NCBI GenBank assembly: GCA_003599505.1
Contig: QZKO01000053.1
Coordinates: 3,378 to 67,377 of the forward strand
Reading direction: 5' to 3'
From: Nitrospiraceae bacterium
GTDB lineage: Bacteria > Nitrospirota > Thermodesulfovibrionia > UBA6902
DNA: 64,000 nucleotides
Below the pieces are notes generated by a model. The model did no database searches, was not told the DNA's origin, and saw only the letters and a list, made by a program, of their open reading frames with translations. Below, in pieces: positions 19,574-27,870 of this stretch; position 1 is the first letter of the stretch; the number at the start of each line of letters is the position of its first letter. Made by a program: the position numbers and the translations under genes.

Positions 19574-20044
19574 AGCTGTCCCTTCTTTGTCCCCGATAAA
19601 CATATCTTTCCTGTCCACTTTTTTACCTTTGCCGGACAAATAACGATTTTTCTTGACAGCCCACATATCGGTTGTGGTATAAAATCGCATCACGTCTTAA
19701 GATCAGTTTTTCGGGAATTACAGTTTTCTGTGAGAGGGAGAAGACTGTATGGGGACTGAAGAATCCGGGCATCAATCCTTTTGAATCTTGAATTTCAAAT
19801 TTTCAATTTTTAAATTCCGGTTGGGCCGGGCAGGAGGGGAAGATGAAGAAGGGGCTATCGCTTTTAATAATTGTTTTGTCAGCCGTATTGCTGCTTTGTG
19901 GCAAGACCGGCAAGACCGGTGTCAGGTCTTTGATTTTAGAATTTTAATATAAGGCCTTACCAAACAAGACCAGAAAATTTTGAAATAAACGGCTCAAGCG
20001 TATAGAATATTACATCTTTCAATTTCAAAGGGGGATATGGAAAG

Positions 20045-20908
20045 ATGGCAAGACCGTTGCGTATTGAATACGAGGGAGCGGTGTATCATGTGACGGCAAG
20101 AGGTAATGAGCGTAAGGCGATTTTCAAAGAAGACCCGGATCGCAGTCTGTTTCTGGACATTCTGTATAAGGCAAACAAGAGATATAACATTCTGTGTCAT
20201 GCCTATTGTTTGATGGATAATCACTACCATCTGATTATGGAAACGCCTGAAGGGAACCTGTCAAAAGGGATGAGGCAGCTAAATGGCGTGTACACTCTGA
20301 TGTTCAATAAAGAGCACAGGCGGGTGGGGCATATTTTTCAGGGCAGATATAAAGCGATATTAATTCAGAAGGAGAGCCATTTGCTTGAAGTATGCAGATA
20401 TGTTGTATTAAACCCGGTAAGGGCACGGGCGGTAGAAAAGCCTGAGGAATGGAAGTGGAGCAGTTATCAGGCAACATCCGGGAAAAGCAAGCCGCATGAG
20501 TGTCTGAGTAGGGACTGGATACTCGGGCAATTTGCAGAGAGCAGGATGGCGGCGCAGAAGAGATATGAAGACTTTGTGATGGCAGGCATAGGAGAAAATG
20601 GAATCTGGAAAAAGGTCAAGGGCCAGAGTCTTTTGGGAGATGATGATTTTGTCGATACTTTGATCACGTATGTAAAAGGATATGAAGAAATGGTGGAAAT
20701 TCCTAAAGTCCAAAGATATATGAGCAGGCCGGAGATGAGGGAATTATTTAAAGAGACTGTTTTTAATAACAGGCAATCCAGAAATAAAAAGATTTTGGAA
20801 GCCGTATACAAATATGGTTATACACAGAAGGAAGTCGCTGACTATCTGGGGAAGCATTATACTACGATAAGCGGGATAATCGGCAAAATTCTAAAATCAA
20901 AGACCTGA
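20045..20908 (+). mobile_element. IS200-like Y1 (HUH) transposase, COG1943/RayT-like, with C-terminal DnaA-C-like HTH
   Basis: YHVTARGNERKAIF...YCLMDNHYHLIMET (HUH) ...GHIFQGRYKA, with a C-terminal KKILEAVYKYGYTQKEVADYLG HTH. Confidence 0.7.
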
Positions 20909-20987
20909 CACCGATTCCCGTGACGGAGTTGTTGGAGGCGCAGCGGGCGGAGCGGGCGGAGCGGGGGCAGGTGGTGTTACCGGCGGA

Positions 20988-21545
20988 TTGATTTCTCTCG
21001 GTGTTCCTAATGCTATTGCCGCAGCAGGTGGCGGTTATGCTTCTGGTTATGCTCAGTGCGGCGGCAGATGTGCTGGTGAGGGTGCACTATATTCATTCGG
21101 TGGAGCAGTTCTGCATAATGCGTTGACGATTGCTGGTGTTGGGGCTGATGGTACGGTGCCGGTGGATGAAATGTATAAACCGGATAGATTGACGTTTATG
21201 CAGTCCCAGAATAACACCTATTTAACAACCCATAGTTTCCATGGTGTTGATGACATCTTGTGGAACTTTATCGCCTTAATTGGAAATGGTTCTTCCCACA
21301 CCTGGCATACTCAAGACTCTCAATATGTACCAGAAGGGAGTTACTATAGACATGTTCAAAGTAATGTTCCTTATCCTGCCGGTGCAGAAGCCTACAATCA
21401 TAAAGTCGGGAATATTTTTACAAGCAGAACGGGATTTAATCTTTTCAATAACAATTGCACGACGAGATTTGGATATATGCATCCAGCGTCATATTATTCC
21501 AATTATAATTATCCTGGGCAGGGAGCTTATTGGTGGGGGTGGTAA
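20988..21545 (+). CDS. Glycine/alanine-rich secreted protein, bacteriocin- or toxin-like (TTG start; frame open upstream to about 20895)
   Basis: GVPNAIAAAGGGYASGYAQCGGRCAG..., C-terminal YWWGW, and a GCGGGCGGA x3 tandem upstream. Confidence 0.35.
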   Translation: MISLGVPNAIAAAGGGYASGYAQCGGRCAGEGALYSFGGAVLHNALTIAGVGADGTVPVDEMYKPDRLTFMQSQNNTYLTTHSFHGVDDILWNFIALIGNGSSHTWHTQDSQYVPEGSYYRHVQSNVPYPAGAEAYNHKVGNIFTSRTGFNLFNNNCTTRFGYMHPASYYSNYNYPGQGAYWWGW

Positions 21546-22022
21546 ATGCAGGGAAAACATTTACTACAGTATATAATAACGATATACCTAAGTTTACTAT
21601 TTCTTTTGAATGGCTGTGCGATGGCAAGTAAACTGTATCCTCTTCCTGAAACTGGCGTGAAAGTAATAGGAGACAAGATTTATCACAATGATAAACCTTT
21701 TGCAGAACTTCGTTATTACTTCAGTGCTGAATTATCCAAAAACTCAGGGGAAGCCTATTTATTTCGTTCACATATTCAACACCGAGGATTTGCTATGTAT
21801 TACTTTAGCGAAAATAAGCTTGTTTGGATATTTCCAGAAAGAGGACTTGAGGCCGATATCGAAAAAGGACATTATTCTGCACGCGGTCAGAGCGATGGCT
21901 ATTTTGGTTGGGTATTTGATATTAAAATTTCCGAAGACGGAAAATACGTTTATTACAAAACATCGGGAATGTTTTTTGATTCATCGCATAAATACTTAGT
22001 TGAATATGGCGTGTCGAAATAA
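21546..22022 (+). CDS. Lipoprotein, candidate immunity/partner protein
   Basis: Signal peptide plus lipobox LLNGCAMA. Starts 1 nt after the previous stop. Confidence 0.35.
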   Translation: MQGKHLLQYIITIYLSLLFLLNGCAMASKLYPLPETGVKVIGDKIYHNDKPFAELRYYFSAELSKNSGEAYLFRSHIQHRGFAMYYFSENKLVWIFPERGLEADIEKGHYSARGQSDGYFGWVFDIKISEDGKYVYYKTSGMFFDSSHKYLVEYGVSK

Positions 22023-22039
22023 TCGGTTTTCCCTGATCA

Positions 22040-22153
22040 GCCGAAGAAGCGTTCATAATCGTCATGGCTGCCGATCCAGAACCAGGTCACGGTGTCATTG
22101 TCCATGATGCCAATGGCCCTGTAGCCAACAACAACCGTTCCGGTGTCAAAGCT
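22040..22153 (-). pseudogene. C-terminal remnant of a HigB-like (RelE/ParE superfamily) toxin
   Basis: Minus-strand translation ...VVVGYRAIGIMDNDTVTWFWIGSHDDYERFFG*. It has no start codon and is bounded upstream by TGA. Confidence 0.45.
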
Positions 22154-22250
22154 TCAATATACATTAAAAAGCAAAGCTCATAAAGAACTTTTAAGAAAAT
22201 AAGGCTTAAATGGGACATGGGCTAAATGTATAATGAAGCTTTGACACCGA
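22141..22250. repeat. Perfect 15-bp inverted repeat CGGTGTCAAAGCTTC / GAAGCTTTGACACCG flanking an 80-bp AT-rich spacer
   Basis: Direct reading. The left arm overlaps the start of the HigB remnant. Confidence 0.7.
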
Positions 22251-22312
22251 TTTTTGCGACTTTTCAAAATCTTTTAGATTCCTGTGAAGGATGGAGACGA
22301 CAATTACAGAGT

Positions 22313-22729
22313 CTATCTAATTTTATATCTCCTCTTGAGGATATCCCGTTCTTTTACTGCAAAATCAAAATATTTTCTCAGAGTAATGGATTCATACCTG
22401 TGTCTTACAAAAGGTTTTTTATCAATCAGGATTTTTCTGTTTTGCAGAACCCTTCCGGTAAGGCTGATTGGTGAAGTGTTGAGAATTACAAGGTCGACTT
22501 CTTCAGTGCCGAGAAAAGCCGTTAATTTGGCGAACAAGGCGAGATAGTCCGGACTTTTAAAATCCTTTACGTAAACAGCAATGTCGATATCACTAAGCGG
22601 ACTTGTTCGTTCCTTTAGAATGCCTCCGAAAAGATAAGCAAAGACGATGTCAGGCTCATTTTTGAAAAAATCAGATAGAGAGCTGATCTTTTAATGGATA
22701 TTTTCCGGGAGCTTCTTAAACCGTATCAT
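22313..22729 (-). pseudogene. MNT-type nucleotidyltransferase (HEPN/MNT antitoxin-like) with in-frame TAA at codon 13
   Basis: Minus strand reads MIRFKKLPENIH*KISSLSDFFKNEPDIVFAYLFGGILKERTSPLSDIDIAVYV... (GSxxxxxxSDxD motif). The TAA is at 22691-22693. Confidence 0.55.
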
Positions 22730-22812
22730 GCTCTAAAAACAGCATAAAGACGGGTGTTTTGCAAAAAAGATTTATTTTGTCTTTATAATCTGCTATTCAA
22801 AAAAACTCGGCC

Positions 22813-24114
22813 CTATCTCTTCCTCAACGCCTCTTCAACCGTCTTGATCGCGCAGAACTCTCCGCACATGCTGCAAACGTGTGATTCAGTCGGGGGGACT
22901 TCCGCGCGCCACTGTCTGACCTTATCGGGATTAAGGCTCAATGCTATTTGACCATTCCAGTCAAGGGCCTTTCTCCTTTTCGCCATTTCGATGTCGATGT
23001 CGATCGCGCCCTTGACGCCCTTCGCGATATCAGCGGCGTGGGCCGCTATTTTTGACGCGATGACCCCTTCTTTTACGTCTTCGATATTCGGAAGTCTGAT
23101 GTGTTCCGACGGAGTCACGTAACAGAGAAAATCAGCGCCTGCCGCCCCCGCAATTGCTCCACCAATGGCTGCGGCGATGTGGTCATACCCCATCGCTATG
23201 TCCGTCACGAGCGGTCCGAGAACATAGAACGGCGCGCCTTTGCAAATCTCCTTCTGTAATTTGATATTGAGCTCAACCTGGTTCAGGGGCACATGACCGG
23301 GGCCTTCGATTATAACCTGCACCCCTGCCTCTACTGCTTTGTCTCTCAGTTCCCCAAGCGTTAAAAGCTCATCAAGCTGAGTTCTGTCCGTGGCATCCGC
23401 GAGACACCCGGGACGGGCGCCGTCGCCGAGACTCAATGTGAGGTCATATTTTCTCGCAAGCTCAAGGAGCCTGTCATACTGTTCATACAGGGGGTTTTCC
23501 CTGTCATTGTAAATCATCCACTCGACAAGGAACGCTCCGCCCCTGCTTACAATATCAAGTATCCTTCCTTCCTCCCGGAGCGTCTGTATGGTCTTTCTGG
23601 TAAGCCCGCAGTGGACGGTCACAAAATCAACACCCTGCTCCGCGTGTTCTTCAATGATTGTAAAGAGATCGTCAGAGCTCATCCTGGAGATTGAGCCTCT
23701 CTCTCCGGCAGCCTTTGCAACCGCTTCATAGATTGGAACGGTCCCAACCGCGACAGGCGATTTTCTGAGGAGAAGTTTTCTGATGTCCTTTATCGGACCG
23801 CCTGTTGAAAGGTCCATCACCGCGTCAGCCCCGTATTTCACCAGAACATCGAGCTTCTCCATCTCATCGTCAAGAGAAATTTTGTCCCTTGACGTCCCGA
23901 TATTCGCGTTTATCTTCGTCTTCAACCCTCTGCCTATGCCGAGAGGTTTTATGTCATGAAATGCGTTCCTCGATATGACACTGACGCCGGATGCAATGTC
24001 CTGAGAAAGCTGCTCAGGTCCAATGCCCTCATCGAGAGCCACCTGCTTCACTTCATCGGTAATTATGCCTTTCCGAGCAAGGTCGATTCGCGTATGCTGC
24101 AAAGATTTGTTCAT
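22813..24114 (-). CDS. thiC: Phosphomethylpyrimidine synthase
   Basis: ThiC fold with C-terminal CSMCGEFCA. Confidence 0.9.
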   Translation of the reverse strand: MNKSLQHTRIDLARKGIITDEVKQVALDEGIGPEQLSQDIASGVSVISRNAFHDIKPLGIGRGLKTKINANIGTSRDKISLDDEMEKLDVLVKYGADAVMDLSTGGPIKDIRKLLLRKSPVAVGTVPIYEAVAKAAGERGSISRMSSDDLFTIIEEHAEQGVDFVTVHCGLTRKTIQTLREEGRILDIVSRGGAFLVEWMIYNDRENPLYEQYDRLLELARKYDLTLSLGDGARPGCLADATDRTQLDELLTLGELRDKAVEAGVQVIIEGPGHVPLNQVELNIKLQKEICKGAPFYVLGPLVTDIAMGYDHIAAAIGGAIAGAAGADFLCYVTPSEHIRLPNIEDVKEGVIASKIAAHAADIAKGVKGAIDIDIEMAKRRKALDWNGQIALSLNPDKVRQWRAEVPPTESHVCSMCGEFCAIKTVEEALRKR

Positions 24115-24129
24115 TGGTAATCTCCTGTT

Positions 24130-24759
24130 TTATCTTTTTAAAAATTCCCCTTTTACTGTTTCTCTCGCTTTCTCCCTTATATCCTCCGCTCCGAATATCT
24201 CCGATATCATCGCAATGCCGTAAGCTCCTGCTTCCTTCGCTTCCTTAATTTTATTGTTTTTTATCCCGCCGATTGCGAAGACCGGGATATTTACTTTGCC
24301 GCAAACAGTTTTCAAAATATCTATCCCTACGGGCTTGCCGTATTTCAACTTTGACGGGGTCCTGTAAACCGGACCGAGGGTTATAAAATCCGCTCTTGCC
24401 TTCTCCGCTTCTTTTGCCTCTTTCAATGAATGCGTCGAAACGCCGATCATCAGCTTATCTTTCACAACCCTCCTCACCGCGTCCGCGGGGATGCTGTTTT
24501 GTGTCAATTGAACTCCGTCCGCGCCGGCAGCAAGAGCGATATCAAACCGGTCGTTGATAAACAGTCTCGCGTTGTATTTTTCAGTAAGTTTTCTCATCTT
24601 ATGTGCCAGTGTTAACAGCTCGCGGGTCCCCAGGTCTTTTTCTCTTAGTTGAATTGCCCTTACACCGCCTTTCAGCGCCTTTTCAACAGAAGCGGTCAGC
24701 GAATAGCGGTCAGCGGTCAGCTTTCTGTCGGTGATGAGATATAGTCTAAAATCAATCAT
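24130..24759 (-). CDS. thiE: Thiamine-phosphate synthase
   Basis: MIDFRLYLITDR with a TMP-TENI fold. Confidence 0.85.
   Translation of the reverse strand: MIDFRLYLITDRKLTADRYSLTASVEKALKGGVRAIQLREKDLGTRELLTLAHKMRKLTEKYNARLFINDRFDIALAAGADGVQLTQNSIPADAVRRVVKDKLMIGVSTHSLKEAKEAEKARADFITLGPVYRTPSKLKYGKPVGIDILKTVCGKVNIPVFAIGGIKNNKIKEAKEAGAYGIAMISEIFGAEDIREKARETVKGEFLKR
24691..24725. repeat. 35-bp heptad array AGCGGTC AGCGAAT AGCGGTC AGCGGTC AGCTTTC inside thiE
   Basis: Direct reading. It encodes residues KLTADRYSLTA near the ThiE N-terminus. Confidence 0.7.
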
Positions 24760-24797
24760 TGATAATGTTTCAAATCCTTATGCCCTACACCCTGTCT

Positions 24798-25574
24798 TTA
24801 AAGCATTCCCTCAATCGGGCTGCTTGCCGTAGCGTAAAGTTTTCTTGGAATTCTTCCCGCCTTATACGCGAGGCGGCCGGCGATGACGGCGTGCTTCATG
24901 GCCTCAGCCATTGCAACCGGCTCCTTCGCCCCTGCAATCGCCGTATTCAGTAATACCGCGTCACATCCCAGCTCCATGGCAACTGCAACATCCGAAGCGG
25001 TCCCCACGCCGGCGTCGACGACAATAGGGACTTTTGCCTGCTCAAGTATTATTTTCAGGTTATAGGGGTTTCGTATTCCAAGCCCTGAACCAATCGGCGC
25101 GGCAAGAGGCATCACAGCGGATGCGCCGGCGTCCACAAGTCTCAATGCCATGACAGGATCATCGTTTATGTATGGAAGCACAATAAAGCCTTCTTTCGCC
25201 AGTATCTCCGTTGCCTTAAGAGTCGCGCAGGTATCAGGGAACAGGGTTTTTTCGTCCCCGATGACCTCCAGTTTGATGAGGTCGGAGATGCCGGTTTCCC
25301 TCGCGAGCCTTGCGTATCTCAACGCGTCCTCCATGGTATAACAGCCTGCTGTATTCGGCAGTATTTTGTATCTTTTCGGATCAATGTAATCCAGGAGGTT
25401 TTCAGATCTTTTGTCAAATATGTTTGTTCTTCTGACCGCGACTGTAACAACATCGGCCCCTGACGCCTCGATTGCCTTCGCTGTTTCTTCGAAATCTTTA
25501 TACTTTCCAGTCCCGACCCAGAGACGGGATTTGAATTCAATGCCTCTGATTATTAATTTGTCGTTTGCCAACAT
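24798..25574 (-). CDS. thiG: Thiazole synthase
   Basis: [19 protein letters not shown]. Confidence 0.9.
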   Translation of the reverse strand: MLANDKLIIRGIEFKSRLWVGTGKYKDFEETAKAIEASGADVVTVAVRRTNIFDKRSENLLDYIDPKRYKILPNTAGCYTMEDALRYARLARETGISDLIKLEVIGDEKTLFPDTCATLKATEILAKEGFIVLPYINDDPVMALRLVDAGASAVMPLAAPIGSGLGIRNPYNLKIILEQAKVPIVVDAGVGTASDVAVAMELGCDAVLLNTAIAGAKEPVAMAEAMKHAVIAGRLAYKAGRIPRKLYATASSPIEGML

Positions 25575-25775
25575 TTATCCTCCTCCCACAAAATTCACGA
25601 TTTCAACAGAATCACCGTCCTGCAGGACATGATTGGAGAAATTGCACTTCTTGATAATATTCAGATTAATTTCAACTGCAACACGCGCTGGTTCAATCTG
25701 CAATGTTTTCAGTAAATCGGCAACCGTGCTGCCGTCCTTAATTTCCGAATCTGTTCCGTTTAATTTCAGTTTCAT
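25575..25775 (-). CDS. thiS: Sulfur-carrier protein ThiS
   Basis: 66 aa ending in GG. Confidence 0.8.
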   Translation of the reverse strand: MKLKLNGTDSEIKDGSTVADLLKTLQIEPARVAVEINLNIIKKCNFSNHVLQDGDSVEIVNFVGGG

Positions 25776-25780
25776 AATTT

Positions 25781-25815
25781 AGCTATAAGCTGATAGCTGT
25801 AAGCTGTCAGCTAAA
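25781..25815. repeat. 35-bp heptad array AGCTATA AGCTGAT AGCTGTA AGCTGTC AGCTAAA
   Basis: It fills the thiH-thiS gap exactly, with the same AGCT core and 5x7 architecture as the array at 1961. Confidence 0.8.
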
Positions 25816-27115
25816 TATGCACGTCCCTTTTCCCTTCCTCAATCAACTTAAATTTCTCTGCAAGACCGTTGCTGCTTCTTTTTATTTCACGGCCCAGCAT
25901 CTGCTTCAATTGCTCCTTTACCTCCCCTGAAGCGGAATCCTCGGCATACTCCTTCAGAGACAGGAGTGCGTTTTCCCGACAAAAGTTTTTCATGGTTTCT
26001 TTTTCCGCGAGAAGTCTGAAACTCTCTCCGCTTCTGCCTTCCCGGTAACACGCGGTGCATAGACTCGGCACAAGACCGAGGCTGATTATCTTCCCGATAA
26101 CTTCTTCGAGACTCCTCCTGTCTCCTACTTCAAACTGTTCAGTGTCTCCGTTCCCGATGTATCCCCAGGGGCTCGTCTTTGAGCCTGCGGATATCTGGGA
26201 CGCGCCCGTCTGTATCAACTCGTCTCTGAGTCCTGACGGCTCCCTCGTTGAAATGACTACGCCGACATAGGGCAGGGCAAGTCTGTAAATTGCGACGATC
26301 TTCCTGAAATCTTCATCAGAAACTTTAAAGCGTGAATTATGCGCTGCCGAACCCTGCGCAGGCTGAAGCCGGGGGACCGAAAGTGTGTGAGGCCCGAATC
26401 CATACTTGTTTATCAACCGCCTGCTGTGCGCGATCAGGGCCCCGACTTCCCACCGCCAGTCATAAAGACCGAGGAGCACGCCCATGCCGACGTCCTTAAA
26501 ACCTGCCTCAATCGCCCTGTCCATAACATTGAGCCGCCACGCATAGTCTGCCTTTGCTCCTTTCCGGTGCATATGCCGGTAGGTCGGGATGTGATAGGTT
26601 TCCTGAAAACACTGGTAGACTCCTATGCCGCATTCTTTTAATCTCCTGAAATCCTCCACGCTCATGGGAGCCGTATTGGCGTGAAGGATGCGGATGTCGG
26701 TATTTTTATAGACCGCGTTCACAGACTGCTCGATATAATCGATTCCGGCGAGTTTCGGGTGTTCGCTTGCCACAAGGAGCAGTCTTTTATAACCTCTGCC
26801 GGACAAGAGCTTCGCCTCTTCCACCGTTTCATTTATGCTAAGGGTCTTTCTCCTCGCGTCTCTGTTGCCTGTCCTGAAACCGCAGTAAAGGCAGTCGTTA
26901 ACGCATTCATTGGAAAGATAAAGCGGCGCAAAGAGCACAATCCTTTTCCCGTAAACCTTTTCTTTCACGATGCGGGCCGCGTTAAAGACCTCACCCCAGA
27001 GATCCTTATCTTCCAGCTCAAGGAGCGCCGACACCTCGGCAAGATTTAAAACTTGCAGGTCCAGTGACCTGGCGAGGATATCGCGGATGCGTGACGCGTA
27101 GGTCCTGCAAGTCAT
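25811..27115 (-). CDS. thiH: Radical-SAM 2-iminoacetate synthase ThiH-like (HydG-like is the alternative)
   Basis: CVNDCLYCGF radical-SAM cluster motif. It is the first gene of the thi operon, directly behind the TPP riboswitch. Confidence 0.65.
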   Translation of the reverse strand: MTCRTYASRIRDILARSLDLQVLNLAEVSALLELEDKDLWGEVFNAARIVKEKVYGKRIVLFAPLYLSNECVNDCLYCGFRTGNRDARRKTLSINETVEEAKLLSGRGYKRLLLVASEHPKLAGIDYIEQSVNAVYKNTDIRILHANTAPMSVEDFRRLKECGIGVYQCFQETYHIPTYRHMHRKGAKADYAWRLNVMDRAIEAGFKDVGMGVLLGLYDWRWEVGALIAHSRRLINKYGFGPHTLSVPRLQPAQGSAAHNSRFKVSDEDFRKIVAIYRLALPYVGVVISTREPSGLRDELIQTGASQISAGSKTSPWGYIGNGDTEQFEVGDRRSLEEVIGKIISLGLVPSLCTACYREGRSGESFRLLAEKETMKNFCRENALLSLKEYAEDSASGEVKEQLKQMLGREIKRSSNGLAEKFKLIEEGKRDVHI

Positions 27116-27153
27116 TTCTTCTTCCGCCTCTGTGGTTTATTATTCTTCATAAA

Positions 27154-27300
27154 CAAAAAAACCGCATCCCCGTAAACATCTTCCCGGGAATGCGGTCAAC
27201 GCTCTGCTTTTCCCTTTCCTTCGCCGGTATTATCCGGTTCAGGTTCAGAGGGTCATCCCGATACTCCGGGAACTCTCAGGCTCTGATGCCTCCCCTAGGG
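27154..27300 (-). promoter_or_regulatory. TPP (THI-box) riboswitch with terminator hairpin
   Basis: The minus strand reads GGGGAGGC..GCCUGAGA..GAUGACCC..GAACCUGAACCGGAUAAUACCGGCGAAGGAA, followed by a hairpin CCGCAUUCCCG/CGGGGAUGCGG and a U7 tract. Confidence 0.85.
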
Positions 27301-27439
27301 TAAGTTAAGTATACTTCCGTAAACAAAGACGTGTCAAGCAGCCCTCCTGAAGTGCTTAACTTATAAAGATAAAAATCCGAAAACAATATTCAGCAGGGCT
27401 TTGATTAAAATGGAAACATAAAATAGCGGGGAGGGTCCA

Positions 27440-27826
27440 ATGAAAAGGCATAGCATTGTCGCGAGATTCAAGAACGGTTCGGTGGCAAAAGGGACAACCT
27501 TCGACTTTTCGCCGTTTAAGACTTTCTTTAACGTGGAAACGGAAAGCGGCGAAGATGTGGAAGTCGAGATAGAGAAGCTGAAGGCGCTGTTTTTTGTTAA
27601 ACATAGCAGTGACGGAAGAAATAAGAGGCCCGGTTATAAAAATATGAGAGACCTGGGCGGCAAGAAAATTAAGGTCCACTTCCTCGACGGCGAAACAGTA
27701 ATGGGATATTCCATGGAATACTGTCCTGATTTTCAGGGCCTTTTTGTTACCCCAGTGGACCCGGATGGGAACAATGAACGTATCTTTGTCACAACTTCGG
27801 CAATAGACAAAATAACATTCCTCTGA
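27440..27826 (+). CDS. Hypothetical protein
   Basis: ORF with a GGAGGG RBS. No recognisable domain. Confidence 0.35.
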   Translation: MKRHSIVARFKNGSVAKGTTFDFSPFKTFFNVETESGEDVEVEIEKLKALFFVKHSSDGRNKRPGYKNMRDLGGKKIKVHFLDGETVMGYSMEYCPDFQGLFVTPVDPDGNNERIFVTTSAIDKITFL

Positions 27827-27870
27827 GCAAACGCGGACGGACCGTCTGAATGACGGCACTGTACCGGTGA

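Noticed and set aside
19244-19693. 149-aa minus-strand ORF overlapping the plus-strand hypothetical gene 19193..19573
   Set aside because: It is antisense to an ORF that has a strong GGAGG RBS, and it has no RBS or domain signal of its own.
22226-22547. Plus-strand ORFs of 82 and 87 aa across the HigB/MNT remnant region
   Set aside because: The minus strand carries recognisable, though degraded, HigB and MNT homology, and the plus-strand translations are featureless.
27064-27303. 79-aa plus-strand ORF
   Set aside because: It lies entirely within the TPP riboswitch and terminator on the opposite strand, so it is treated as non-coding.
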